From Podarcis vaucheri (lineage: Eukaryota): a DNA stretch of 64,000 bases. The stretch's first letter is position 1. Each line of letters begins with the position of its first letter. The notes beneath the pieces were generated by a model. That model saw nothing but the letters and a program-made list of their open reading frames with translations. It searched no databases and was not told the origin of the DNA. Positions 36,638 through 50,057 of the stretch are shown here, piece by piece. The translations under genes and the position numbers were made by a program. The stretch is taken from assembly GCA_965113315.1 (NCBI GenBank), contig OZ220376.1; one strand, 5' to 3'.

Positions 36638-38404
36638 TAATCCAGGAGAAACCATAATATATACCCTACCAGGATTGTAATCAGGATCTGCATGCATAGA
36701 AACATTCCGTTTCTGTGTATGATCCTGAATTCTACAGCCCAATTCTATTCAGGTTAGTCAGAAGAAAATCCCATTTTTGGTGAACTGGACTAAATTCCAA
36801 GTAAGTGTATACTTACTTAGCATCCTTAGCTTTAAAGTAAGCAATCTTGTTTGATATCTTTGGCTTGTTTAGAGAGGCTCAAACAAATCTGTGGGTTTCT
36901 TAGCAGACATAATTTTGCAAGTGAAAAGGGCTGCATTACCAAAATGTTTTGGATTATATTGAATAAATTATGTTGAATAAAAGCTATTCTTAGTTGCAAA
37001 CCAATATGTTTTGTTACAGCAACCAACTACTACGCATGCTTGATCAGGATTTAAATTCTGCCTTTCATCTTGAACTATGGGTTTCCAAGAAAACTCACAA
37101 TTAAAAGTATAATTATACAAATGAATGCATAAAAGCAATGCTGATAAAAATCAACAATAAAAATTAATGCAGCAAGAGAAGAAACTCGGCACAGACCAGA
37201 GGCAAGGCTAGATAATAACAAAAAAAATGTCTTAAAAGCATGTTGGACGACTATGGGGAAGATTGTACCATAGTCTGGGTGCTTTAACTGCAAAGGCCTA
37301 TACTTTTGTCCCCACCCAATCATGCCTCTAAAGGAGGTGGAATGAGAAACTGGTTTTCAGATGCTGAATGCAACAGGAAGTCAGATTTATAAAGGAATAC
37401 AAATTTCAAAACAGGAAATGTGACTTACATTGATTATTTAAAGCTCCCTTTTTCTCAGAAATTTTAAATATTTAAAATCTGCACTCCTACATTCTGTCGA
37501 AAAAGTGAAGTATCCTATTTGTTTCTGGACATGAACACAGTTGTAGATCTGAGATATCTACCACAAGTCAAGTAGCAATGAAGTGCTGTGGCCAGTTATA
37601 CTTTAAAGACTAGTAAAAGAATACTGATACCTATAAATGTCAAAATAGCTCAGAAGGAAGAGCAGAGATCATGCAGCCAGACTCATACAAAAGGCTGGTT
37701 GGAAGCCAAGACAGACTGAAGATTACTTATCCAGAACTGACAATGCTGTTTCAGACAAAGCAGATGAATTGCAGCAAATGGAGAGCTAATCTCAGGCCAA
37801 CAGCTAAGAATAATTATCTCTTCTGTTTCAAAGACCTTCATGCTGGAAGTCAAGTGTCATTAACTTCTTGGTACAACCGAAGAGCCCAATGCTCACTAGA
37901 AAGAGTAGTGGTGCCCTGCCTATTAAGCTTCCTAACTGAAGAGGCTCACCTGGTACACTTTATTGGTGTTTATCTGGCACCAAAACAATTTATTTTCACT
38001 GGCTTTTAAAGTTTTGAGTCTTAAAACTGCTTTGTATCTTGACATGAACTACCCTGGGAACAATTTGGTTAAAGGATGGTATAAATGTGTGCAAAATAAA
38101 ATCAAACTACCAGCAAGGAGAAACAAGAGTGTTATGTGAGTAATGGCAAGTGGCATAGATACCTCTAAAAGGAAATAAGACAAAATCATAGAGGGTAGAA
38201 CTATTGAGAGCTATTAGCTATGGATAGTCATGCTATGTATTTTAATCTCTGCAAACTGCCCTAGAATGTATTCTGGTGAAGGGTGGTTTGTTTTTTAAAA
38301 ATGAATGAATGTATAAATCTGTATAGAACCTCAAGGCTCAAAGACAACAAATTATGTATGCTAGATAGTTCCTGTGAGACAAAATGTAGGACAGTTGTTA
38401 CATT

Positions 38405-39062
38405 CATGCCATAGCCCTGTAAACTTGTTTTTGAGAAACCAATGCTGAGTCTTCATAATCATAACATTCTTTTCTAAGAGTTCACAGACTGACTGCTTAA
38501 TTATCTGTTCTAGGACCATTCCTGGTATTGATGTCAAGCTGACTAGTTGGTAGTTACCTGGGTCTTCCTTCCCCCCACTTTTGAAGATGGGGACAACATT
38601 TGTCTGCCTCCACTCAGCAAGGACTTCACCTATTCTCCCAAAATTCTCAAAGATTACAGACAGAAGCTCGAAGATTATATCTGTAAACTCCTTTACATCT
38701 GTAAACTCCTTGGGTGCAGCTCATCAGGCCCTGGAGATTTGAATTCATTTAAAATAGTTAAGTGTTCCCTTACCACCTCTTTTCCTATCTTGGGCTTCAG
38801 TTCCTTCCCTGCATCATTTATTCTGTTATCACCAGGTCAGGCACTGCTTTCCTTTTTATTCAAGACAGAGGCAAAGTAGGTGTTGAGCAGTTCCACCTCC
38901 TCTGTCCCCCAAGAGTATTCCTCTGTCTTCTCCAAGCGAAGGACCTACTACTTGCTTGTTCTTCCTCTTGCTTTGAACATAGTTGAAGAAACCTTTCTTA
39001 TTATTTTTAACCTCTCTTGCAAGCCTGAGCTCATTCTGAGTTTTGGCCCACCTGACCTGCAC
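38405..39062 (-). mobile_element. CR1 LINE internal ORF2 fragment (linker to RT start), disrupted
   Basis: KTQNELRLAREVKNNKKGFFNYVQSKRK and EDPGNYQLVSLTSIPG-type peptides. Confidence 0.88.
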
Positions 39063-39864
39063 TGATTTTATTCTACTCTAGTTGTTTGAAAAAGAAACAT
39101 GGGGAAAAGTACATATCTGATGCACTTTTAGAAAGTACACAATGCTATTTCAGTTGTAACGCTTGCAGAAAACACTCCAGAGATGCTAATGAAACTTACT
39201 ACAAACCTAACTTATTGTAGATGAGCATTTTGCGAGAAATCAAAATTAAATCAGTAGGAAGTAAAAACTGCATGTGATCAAAGTCAAAAACTATTATAAA
39301 AGTATGGGAGAACTGCACTAGTCTGCCTTATTTTAAGTATGGTGTGGGGTTTTGGGGTTTTTTTTTAAAAAAGAAAGCTTTACATTCATTTGATTCATTT
39401 ATTCACAGGTGCCTCTGATGACAACTTCAAAATTAAGGCAAGTAGTGTTATAAGCACCTCCTTTCTCCCACCATGAAGTGTGGTTTAAAATATACATCTT
39501 AGAAACTCAAATCCACTCCAGAACCCTCCCTTGTCCCCACCCATCAGATAAGGAGCTGGTAACTAGAGACAAGGTCATCAGAGTGCGCCAGTAGCAACAT
39601 GACAATGGAACTCTCTTTTCATATAGCTGGATGGTGCTGATGATAGTGTTGCTATTGCAACCCACCTTAGATCAGGCTGTGACCTGGCAGTGGGTCCTGA
39701 CCCACCAGTTGAAGACCAATGAACCAAACTACCAAAACGAATAGTTTCATTATCAGTAATATATTTTTAAGAGGCTGAGTTTCTCCCCAGCCCCACCTCC
39801 AAAAATACCCAAGTTGAAAGAAAGGGAAGAACTGGGTAAATCATGTCAAAGTTTCATGGCTTAC

Positions 39865-39991
39865 CTCTAGCAGCTCTGAGACAATAGGAAGGACTTCGGG
39901 ATTACAGATATCTATGGAATCATCTCGGTAGGTTTTCTTCTTGTAACAGATGTTACCCAGGTGTAGTATTGCAGACAAAATGGAAAAAATC
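39865..39991 (-). CDS. MYO9A: MYO9A exon 8 (127 nt)
   Basis: tag|IFSILSAILHLGNICYKKKTYRDDSIDICNPEVLPIVSELLE|gtaagc. Confidence 0.97.
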
Positions 39992-41022
39992 CTATGGGCA
40001 TAAAACAACACCTTTTCTCTTTCTTTTTCTTCACAGTAAATGCAAGTTTACCAACATTTCACTACATATTGGGCTCTGTGATTTTGTATGCCAGACTTTA
40101 TTAAGCAGTATTTCAATATACTAGCATATTGTCAAATTATGTGTTGCATTTATCAGCTATTAGGCAAATATATTCAGTACTATACCTAATAATACAATGC
40201 CACAGCTTTTCCTGTTTTACTAGGATGTTAGATATTATATTAAGATTACTTAAAAAGGGACAAGCTGATATACAGATTTTTTCTAAACGCTTGTTGGGTC
40301 AGGTAAGCCAGATTGATTCGTATGCTGTTGGTGGATTCTTGTTGTTGTCTTGTTGGGCTGTGTATGTGATAAAGGGGAGCCAGACTGGAGTTAAGGTGTA
40401 TTTGTCCCTGTGACAGTTTCAGTTTATTGGTTGGCTTTTCTTGTAAGGCTGATTCCCATACAATTTGATACCATTGGTCCATGTTTACTCCTGACAGGTC
40501 TCTCCAGTGTCTAGCTATGAGGCATAAATATTTAAAAAATAAAGGGACAAATGATACGAAAACAATGTTATTAAGCAAATCTGTTCTGAATGTTTCTGTG
40601 GTCATTTAGCAACCTATTGATTTAGTGACATGTACAATTAACTAATTAGCAAGCAATATAAGTATAGCTATATAATATGTATTGGGTTCTGTGTTTGGGA
40701 TCTTTAGCCTACTCAAGCCCAGAGATCCAAAGAAGGCTACAAAAATAAAGTTGTTAATAACCAAAGCAATAGTAATTCATACCGAGTTCTGTTGGAGCTT
40801 ATTCACACTAACATTTTTAAAACAGTAATGGCACTGGCTGACTTCAATGGCTTTCTGCTCCTAAAAGCCAGGACAGATGCACAGTATTATGTCTGCAACT
40901 CATTCAATCATGTATAAACTTTAGAAAGTGTTGGCTGAGCATCAATCAAATACACATGCTGCAGCATTCACAACACCAATCCACGACTTAATAATGCACT
41001 GTTATAAGGAACATCAACTTAC

Positions 41023-41120
41023 TGCTTGCGAGTCTTGGGAAGGAAGCCCACCATCTCCATAGCTAGCTGCAAACGCTCAAAGTCATGCTTCAGATCTTCC
41101 CCTTCAACAGAGAAGCAATC
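41023..41120 (-). CDS. MYO9A: MYO9A exon 7 (98 nt)
   Basis: tag|[32 protein letters not shown](Q)|gtaagt. Confidence 0.97.
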
Positions 41121-43247
41121 CTATTGAGGCCAAATATGAGGAGCAATTATTAGAAGAGATGGGCATCAAGAAGGAAAGGAAGGAACCACCCATGAAAACA
41201 CTATGCAAAAGACAGTGGAGAAAAAGCTGCCTGCACCACTCCCCACCACCAAAGGCACCTTCTCCTGAATTAAAAAATGACCTCGTTCTTTGGACAGTAA
41301 ATGTAGCCTAGGCCCTCCATCACTGCAAAATAATCAGGTTCCACTCTACAGAGAGCATGATCTACATTTTAAAATAGAAAGCCGAAGTTGTCTGCTGTCT
41401 GCACTCATGGATTATATTTGTGTAAAGATGAATAAATTGATTTTTGAGTTCTATAAAATTACTTGACAAATCTGCAGGAAAAATCTTCCATCTGTTCACA
41501 AATACCCAAACATTTTGTTCTGCTTCCAGAACAAGAGTTCATTTTCACTCCCTCTTTGAACAATTATTATTCCCAAATATAGAATGTAATCCCACAATAT
41601 TATTTTCCAAATATGGCATAAGTTATTGTTTTTATGGTCTCAACAATTCTGCAGACCCCCACTGAGTCTACAAGAGAGCAGCAAGCAGCTCAAAAGTGAT
41701 TGAGATCCCTCTCTATGTGACAAGAATGCATGTCAGAGTTGATTGCTTAGGGAACAGGTGAAAAATAGGACCCAGTTCTCTGGGTGCCAGAAGGAAGCTC
41801 TTTGAATATGTGAAAGGACATAGAAGTGTATTAGGAAGTGGGAGTCCTAACCAGGAATGGCTGGGACAGTAGGGTACAGATAGGAAAAGGGGACAAGTGG
41901 AAATCTATATAGGGACAGCTTGTGGAAACAGCAAATTAAATATTAGCAGAATAGCATCAACATATTGGAGTGTGGATTAGCAGTAATAGCAGCATTTACT
42001 AACACAGAATTAACCTCTCAAGTGTAGCCACTTTAATTTATCAGTGTCTGAAAATTTCAGTGTAGTCTGCCATACCAAAAAGTAAAGTTCAACTGCTCAA
42101 GATGGGCAAGTATCTCCCATCACTCTGCTTAAGTAAGCTATTACCAATGTGTTCATAATCGCTTCAAGCAAGCTATGGGAGAATATTCAAATATTTCTGC
42201 AATAAATCTGTCAACCAGACAAATCTAAATCACTGGTCCTCTACGCTGCTTAGAGATGTCTGTAAATTAAGCAGTACATAAATCATCAAAATAAATAAGA
42301 GAGACAGGAAATAAACATTCACATGAAATAAATATTCAAGACTTTTGCTACATTATTGAACCATTTTGTACTTACAGCTTTTTTTCTGAGGGGGAAGAAT
42401 AAAGCAATAAAACTAATAGAAATTAAGTAAATTTAAAATGCCTAAATTTCGTTTGTGAACCTTCTTACAATCAAACATAACACTCAAGAATAAATTTGCC
42501 TGAATGATATTAAGGGGGAAATAGTAAATCCCAGTTAGAATTGTTAACATGCAATTAGAACAGCCATGCTCTCTGAGGTAAGATTAACATGGAGTGATAT
42601 CAAGACAGACAAAACCCACAATTTAAATACAATAATCTGACTTCACACAAGTGGGAAGACCCTTTCACTTTTTTGGCCATCGTAAACAAACATGGCAGTA
42701 AACCTCTTCCTTTCAGATGACACTTTTACTGAACCTTTAACTAGACTGCTTGGTTTTTTTAAAAAAAATCTGTAATTGCCCACGGAATAATCTGGTATAG
42801 GCCATGAAAACGGAAAAGATTACACTAGTTTAATGAATCAATAATCACTATATTTATGCTTTAAAAAACCCAGAATATGCTATATCAAAAATTATGCTAA
42901 ATAGTTAAATCCAGGCAAAAGCTTCATTGCATACTCTCTTCTCTCTCTCTTGCTTGTAGAATATAATTTTATCATCTATATATTATACTTTTTTGCAGTG
43001 TCTCATACATAATAACATCATCCAACTACTTAACAAAACCTATCAAAATAACCCTATACAAAAATTATACACATAAAAAGGGTATACCACCACAAATAAT
43101 CTACCAAACCAATGAGGACACAGAAATTGTGTTGCCAGTAATCAAATGGAAATGGTTTTGTATTTGCCCTACAATTTGATGCAAAGCCAGAGTGAGTGAA
43201 ATGTCTGTCACCAGTAACCCAGAATGGATGGATGTACTCGTACTGAC

Positions 43248-43304
43248 CGGCTCAGACTCATAGTAACAGTCATCCCAGCTCTGTTTGGGGGGTTTCTTTG
43301 TCAT
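43248..43304 (-). CDS. MYO9A: MYO9A exon 6 (57 nt, symmetric phase 0, probable cassette)
   Basis: tttcag|MTKKPPKQSWDDCYYESEP|gtcagt; resembles human ITKKPLRQSWDDYCYDSEP as I recall it. Confidence 0.92.
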
Positions 43305-43913
43305 CTGAAAGTAAGGCAGATTGGGTAAATAGCATTCCAAATCCCATGCCACTATCTCTTCCCACTTTTACAGACAGGAAGTTAAGCATTTCTTTAAAAT
43401 CATTAAGCTACAAGCATTCCCATTTTAGAAAATGATGGCTCGGATCCGCCTTCTCCATTTCTCCTTACCTTATGAAATCTGATATGAGAATGCACATACA
43501 TCATGCTACGTTTTCATGTTACAAAAGAAGCCTATCTAACCTTACAATTAAACTTAGAAATCCACTTCTATTGGCTGCCAAACACTGCAGCTATGCTCAT
43601 TAAGTTTGGATCTAACAATTGAGTCATATTGCAACTGGGAATATTGTCACAAAGTGACAATTTAGAAGGAGAAAGGAGTACAATTTAAGATGCTTTAGAA
43701 TTTTTACAACACTAAGCGTGCTACATCGTATACATTGCATTTATTTCCTACAACAAGCATGTGAACTGGAAGATTTTTCTTCCACACAAATCTATCATGA
43801 TTGCTCAGACTCAGTTCTTTTATCAAGAAGCATCTGTAATATTTAAGGGTTTTTGCAAACATACCATAGTAACTCCCAATACACTACATCACACCACACA
43901 CACACACACACTA

Positions 43914-44367
43914 CTGTGATTAACAAAACAGATTTTACTTGTGTAGCAAAATATTTTGGCTTCCATTTTTATCAGCTGTTTTGATGAAAATATGCTATTT
44001 CCAAGGTGGCAGTTCTAGCTTTTTGAGGATGGAATGTTCAAAAGGGCTTCATTTGCTCAAGTGTTGTTAGTACTATCCTCCAGACTGAGGCCATGCAATG
44101 TTAATGTGCTCAGTGTGTACATCCAGAGGTTCTCCCTCCTTGTTTTCATTATAGGATGTTACACACTGGGCATATTAACGAGACATTTCCTCAACCTGGA
44201 GGATAGTACCTACATTACTTAGCTTCAGCAAAGAAAGCCCTTCTGAACATTCAGTCCTCAAAGCGCTAGAACTGCCACACTATATTTTCATTTTTATCAG
44301 AACTGCTTATGAAGGCAGAACCTGGAACATTTTGCCACATAAATAAAAATTATTTTGTTATCCACAG
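43914..44367. mobile_element. Fully palindromic TA-flanked element, old MITE-like
   Basis: TA|CTGTG...CACAG|TA; arms pair throughout, e.g. gtggcagttctagc / gctagaactgccac and tactatcctccag / ctggaggatagta. Confidence 0.8.
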
Positions 44368-45318
44368 TAACAGATATATTATTTTAATGATTAACCAAAT
44401 CCTAAAAGAAATCTACAGCAAGCTTGTGTGAAATGTTGCTTGATGTTTTATATCTAGCTATACATAAAAAATGAAGTAATAATCCAGCTTCTGCTATATA
44501 AAGAGGGATATGTCCTCGCTCCTCAGTCAGAATAATATTTTTTTTTCCTTTTAAATAGCTAAACCCTTGAAGAGAAACCTTTTGCAATGATCCCACATGA
44601 TCTCAAGCTCGAAGATCCATGTTGTTTTGCAATTATATGAACACTATATATTTTCAGCCTTATATTTAGGATTCAGCCTTAAACACTGTATTGGGAAATT
44701 CTAATACAGCACTGGCAGAGAGTGTCCTGCCATCACCAGAACTATTCTTCCCTTCTGCCAGCTCTGTTCTATTGCATCAGCTACCCTTGCATCCTAAAGG
44801 AAACAAATTATATAAGTGCTATGGCATATTAGTATGAGATGTAGTACCCCTCCCCCAATAATTTCAATTCTTTAACCATAGTTGGAATTAATGGACTTGG
44901 GTTAGCCTTATTTGTTAAAGTACAAACCGATCATGCTATCAAGGAAGGATGGCAAAAATCATGCAACATTTGTAAATGGATTTGTCTCTTCTTCAGTAGA
45001 AATATCATAACATGGTTTTCCAGATGAATGGTATTAATTGTTGGTTATTAATTAGGAAATCATTCATGTTCTTTGGGAAAACTGCAATTCAAAAAATACA
45101 TTATATTTTCTATAGGCCACTTAAGGCAAGAAAAAAGTGCTTTGAAAACATTGTTTCTTACTTAGTTGCATTCCCCAAACCTACAAATTTATTGTGCTAG
45201 GACATCCATGCACAGGTAACAATAAAATTAGTTTTAAAACATCAGCACCTGAACAGTGGTTCATTGCTCTAGGGACAAATATATACATTCAGTTAAAAAC
45301 TGCTTGGTATATTCCCAC

Positions 45319-45418
45319 CTGATTAAGATAATGATATTCATCAGGCTGTTTAAGATGAAATGCTGATTTCTCTTCTTCACTTGCTCCTGCCAGAAGGTAA
45401 TAAAATACATGGTAGTTC
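45319..45418 (-). CDS. MYO9A: MYO9A exon 5 (100 nt)
   Basis: cag|[33 protein letters not shown]|gtggga. Confidence 0.97.
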
Positions 45419-46168
45419 CTGGCAACAAATAAAAACGGTGTTAAAAGTCCCATCACCATCAATACAAAAATGTTAGCAAGAATCATTGGAAGTATGAATA
45501 ATACTAGTATTTTATCTATTTATTTTTGACAAATCAAATACGCAGGCATCCAGTTTGCATGTACTGCTAAATCAAATGATGGCTTAGCAAGAACATGGTT
45601 TGGCTTCACATTTCATCTAGCTCTCCCCAAATAAACCATGAGTTATAAAACATAGGGAAGATCTTTCTTACAGCTCATGCTTTGTCTAGAGAGTGCTAAA
45701 TCACAAGCCTAGGTTCAACCATGTCTTAGTTCAGCATAGCAGCAAAATGCACTGAGAACCAAAGAGACCACTATCTCCTCTCCGGAAGCCTACAACTGGA
45801 AGCTAAGCTGATGAAAAACCAACCATTGGTAATTTACTGCTTGGTTTGCATGGCATAGCAATCCAAACTATGGCTTAATGGGAATGTACAAATGTATGAG
45901 TTCATAGCTGCTCTCATCCTTTTTCTTCCTCTAAACCTGAGTTTCAAGACAGGAATAGTGTTATATGAGCAAATTCTCAAACCCGGGCATGAACTGCTGT
46001 CAGTATTAATCATGACAGATTAATCTAATGTCATATATATCGAAACACAAAATAAATGCATATAAAACTTAGAAATCATTATAATTGTACTTTATTTTAA
46101 TCATTATTTTGGTTTACCTTTCTTTATCTCTGCCCCATTCCCAGCAGTACTTTAGATTCAGTACTCAC

Positions 46169-46231
46169 CTCTCATTATGTTCCTGATAGACAAGCCTTGA
46201 CTTTTCCAGTAGATATTTTTCAACATAGGCT
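46169..46231 (-). CDS. MYO9A: MYO9A exon 4 (63 nt)
   Basis: tag|AYVEKYLLEKSRLVYQEHNE(R)|gtgagt. Confidence 0.97.
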
Positions 46232-47924
46232 CTAGAGGAAAAAAGAATATTAGTTAAGCCTGAGAATAGTTTGATTTTTATACCTTTCTCTTTTTAAAAA
46301 GTAACAGGTCTGGTCATTGCATAGACTGATGAGGATATAATCATCTGAATGTTACTATTTGATAGAAAAGTCTGAACATGGAAGAAAAATGTCATAGGTA
46401 CATTTAGATATCACCACACACTAAAACCTCTAGAAAAATGGATTCTAGAATTTTTCTTTTTTCATTCTAACCAAACCTTCCTAGCTGAATGTCTATGAAC
46501 TTTCTGGAGCAGTTAAGCTGCAGCTCCGCATTCCTTCTTCAGAAAAAGAACTCACAAGCACTAGAGGAAGGTAATAAAACAAAGGGCAAGAATATCCTGC
46601 AGTAACAGAATTCATAAATTTAGTTGCATGTTGTGTTGAATGTATGTGGCAGGAAACTGTCTCCATTTTCCCCAAACCGTTCAAATTGATCTACATTTCG
46701 TATGTCCTTCCCTTACTTAACGTTTTTTTCCTGAACTATGGTAGCCCAAAATCTTTTCACTTTTCTTTGAAATAATGGTATTCAAATCCTAAACTGAATC
46801 TTTGTGCAAAGGGCAGGGAGATGAGCTGGTGAGGAGGTGGAAAATGAAATACAGTATAAACTTGAGCATGATTTTCAGCATGACTTCTATTACAGTTTTG
46901 GCAATTTTAACATAGGTGTCTTCAGTTACTTGACTCGCAGGATTCTACCATGGGTGAGGCCTTTCCTCCTGCTCCCTTTCCTGCTCCCCACATCATGAGG
47001 GGAAAACATCAAGTACAATGGAAAGGTTTTGTATCTATAATACGGAATCTCCCTGAACTCTGCTGAACAGACCCATAGACTGGAGAATGCATTCCAAAAA
47101 CGCAGTATGAAATGCTCCTGTTCAAATCCCAGTCAGTTATGCTATTTTCCAATGTGACCCATTACCCCTCCCACCTATAATACCACCGCCCACACAAAAC
47201 ATTCAGCATGCTCAGTCCTCAACAGGGCTGTTTTTGCCCTTCCCTTTAGTTTTTATCTCCATTTTTTTGTACTTCTGTAAACCTTAGATTTTCTTCAAAA
47301 CTGATAATACCACCCTCTTCTGCATGGATGGTACCAACATGGCTACATAACAATCAATTTTTAGAAAAGGAATGCTACTATATTGTCAACTACGCATGTA
47401 GCAACAGATAATATCTCACAGTACTGGCCTGCAGTGATCACTGGAATATAGCACTCCTTTCTACCATGATAGCAGGTTTTGCTGCCAGAAGCAAAGCTCT
47501 TTTTGGTGTTATGTTGAAAAAACGAGGGCAAACGGTTGCAGGAATGGGTGCTCTGAAGATCATTTGTGGGACCAAGTGATAAAATACTTGGTCTTTTTAA
47601 ATATATCTTTCAGAAATAACAAAGTAAAGAAACTAGCCTCCAACCCAGATTGTTGCAGAACACTATCTCACCTCCCTTATCACAATCACATAACTGGAAA
47701 GAATATTTCCAGATAGAGTCTTCTACAAGCTCATATTATACTGCTAATTTCCACTGTTCCATCTCTGTTCTGCTCAGACCATTAAAACAAAAATCAACCT
47801 TCTCACCAGAGAGATGGTGTATTGGATTAAACCTGTACACACACACAAAAACACCTTTGCAGCCTCTGCAGTAATATTTCTGCATCTATATATCAATGTT
47901 ACTGCATTAACACTGGAGATAATA

Positions 47925-48211
47925 CAGTGGTACCTCGCAAGACGAATGCCTCGCAAGACGAAAAACGCGCAAGACGAAAGAGTTTTCCGTTTTTTGAGTC
48001 GTTCCACAAGACGAATTTCCCTATGGGCTTGCTTCGCAAGACGAAACGTCTTGCGAGTTTGTTTCCCTTTTCTTAAAGCCGCTAAGCTGTTAATAGCCGC
48101 TAAGCCGTTAATAGCCGCTAAGCTGCTAATAGCCGTGCTTCGCAAGACGAAAAAACCGGAAGACGAAGAGACTTGCGGAACGGATTAATTTCATCTTGCG
48201 AGGCACCACTG
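47925..48211. mobile_element. Tc1/mariner MITE (family A, short form)
   Basis: TA|CAGTGGTACCTCGCAAGACGAA ... TTCATCTTGCGAGGCACCACTG|TA; internal 18-bp repeat agccgctaagcygytaat three times. Confidence 0.9.
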
Positions 48212-49962
48212 TATCTTAATTGTATAAGGTAATCCAATTTTTGTGAAGCAGGCATTTTGATATATTCAGAAGATGTTGGAAAACAAGGCCTAAATTGTGA
48301 TAAGCCTATTCTTTTGAAATTCATAGTGAAAAACGAGATGAGAAAAGTAAGGGAACTTTCAAAACTAAGCTAGATCCTGACTTAACTTGATTGTTGGCAC
48401 TCACTAGAATTAACATGTTGATCACTCTCATGTGTGTTGTTACTTAATGGATGATGACAAAATTTGGATTCATTTCCCTTTTCTTTGCTTGACAACAGTT
48501 GCTCATGAACAGTAGTTTTATTACCCAACGGGAAATATGTAAAGTAATACTCATGATTGCTTAGTATGACTAACAGACATGAGGGAGTCAAATATGTGCT
48601 TTGCAGAAGGATTGGTAGAAGCACACGTTTCTTGAATACCAGCACCCTTCAAAAAAACCCTAAATAAACCCCAAGCCCAGTGAAAAGCTTTTCTTTGTCA
48701 ACTCAATAAATATATTATTTATTGAGCAAAACTCAATAAATATATTGTGAACCAAAGAAAAAGGTACTCATAACTTCCTTAAGAGTCAAAATTACGGCAT
48801 TACAACTTCTCATGGTACTGAAGATAAGCATCTACGGAGTCATCTTCACATCTCAACAAATACAAGCTGGGAGTCCTAACTATACACATTTCATAGTGCT
48901 TGATGTGATAGCAGAACAGTTGACTCTCCCTAACACAGTGTGTATCCATCAAAATAGGATATTTACATCTTGCCCCTTTTAAAATTCCTTCCTACTCAGT
49001 CAAGTAAGAAAAATATCACAGACTAGCATACATTATAAAAGCTGATAGCATGACTCTTTACTGGGCAATCACTGACTAGGAAAGCAACACCACACTTTAA
49101 ACAAGGAAGAACTGAGACAAGAGGAAACTCTGCCCTTCCTTTTATAGCCTTAGTCAAGAAAGCAGAGCTTAATTAAACGGAACTAAAAGATTCCAAATAG
49201 CTCAACTGCAGCACATACATCAGACTGGACAAAGCCATTCAGAAACTGAAAATCTACAGTCCCAAAATAATAGGATGCGTCGGGCTGCTACGAAAGCCTT
49301 CTCTAGCTTCAACAATTCTCAGACTTTACAGATTGATAGAGCTCCAAGTCAGGCAAACAAAGGACATGAGACATTAAAATATAAAGTACAACAGCTGTAG
49401 CTTAGAACAGACTTTCAATTCTCACATTAATAGACTGGATTCAAATTGTTTATTAAAAGCAATAATGGAAACAATCCAGAGCAATTTGGTCTCTGGTTTA
49501 AGTGCAAATCTCTTAAATTGGTGCTCCTTTTGCTTTCATAAAATTTAAGCTGACTTAGCAAAATATTTGCACCAGTTGTGGACGATATGTGCACTCCAAG
49601 CCTGAGCCAAATCCCTCTGAAGTTCAGACAAAGATTTGTGCTGATTCCTAAGTGGACAACGGACTTTGTTCAGCAATTTCTTATATCAGTAAATAAAGAG
49701 AATGCAAGTTTTAGAGATTTAGCATTTGTAACTCCCTTGTGATTATACAGTAACAGTGTTATAGTTAAAAGAATGTGGGAAGTTAACGCTTCAACAGAAT
49801 ATACCTGTGTCAAGTCAATTATTTGTCCTATATGGCACAGACAAGTAACTGGGATCAGATTTACATGGGATGTTTAACATTCCCAGCAGGCATCCACAAA
49901 TACCAACAGCTGCAACCCATTCATGCTTAAAGTTCCTTAAGTCACTGCTCATTGCTACTTAC

Positions 49963-50057
49963 CCTCGGACAGTGCCAGTCTCCTGATAATTCACTTGGAT
50001 AAACTTGCCAAAGCGACTTGAGTTGTTATTGTGTGCTGTCTTTGCATTCCCAAATGC
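49963..50057 (-). CDS. MYO9A: MYO9A exon 3 (95 nt), switch I NNNSSRFG
   Basis: cag|[31 protein letters not shown](G)|gtaagt. Confidence 0.97.
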
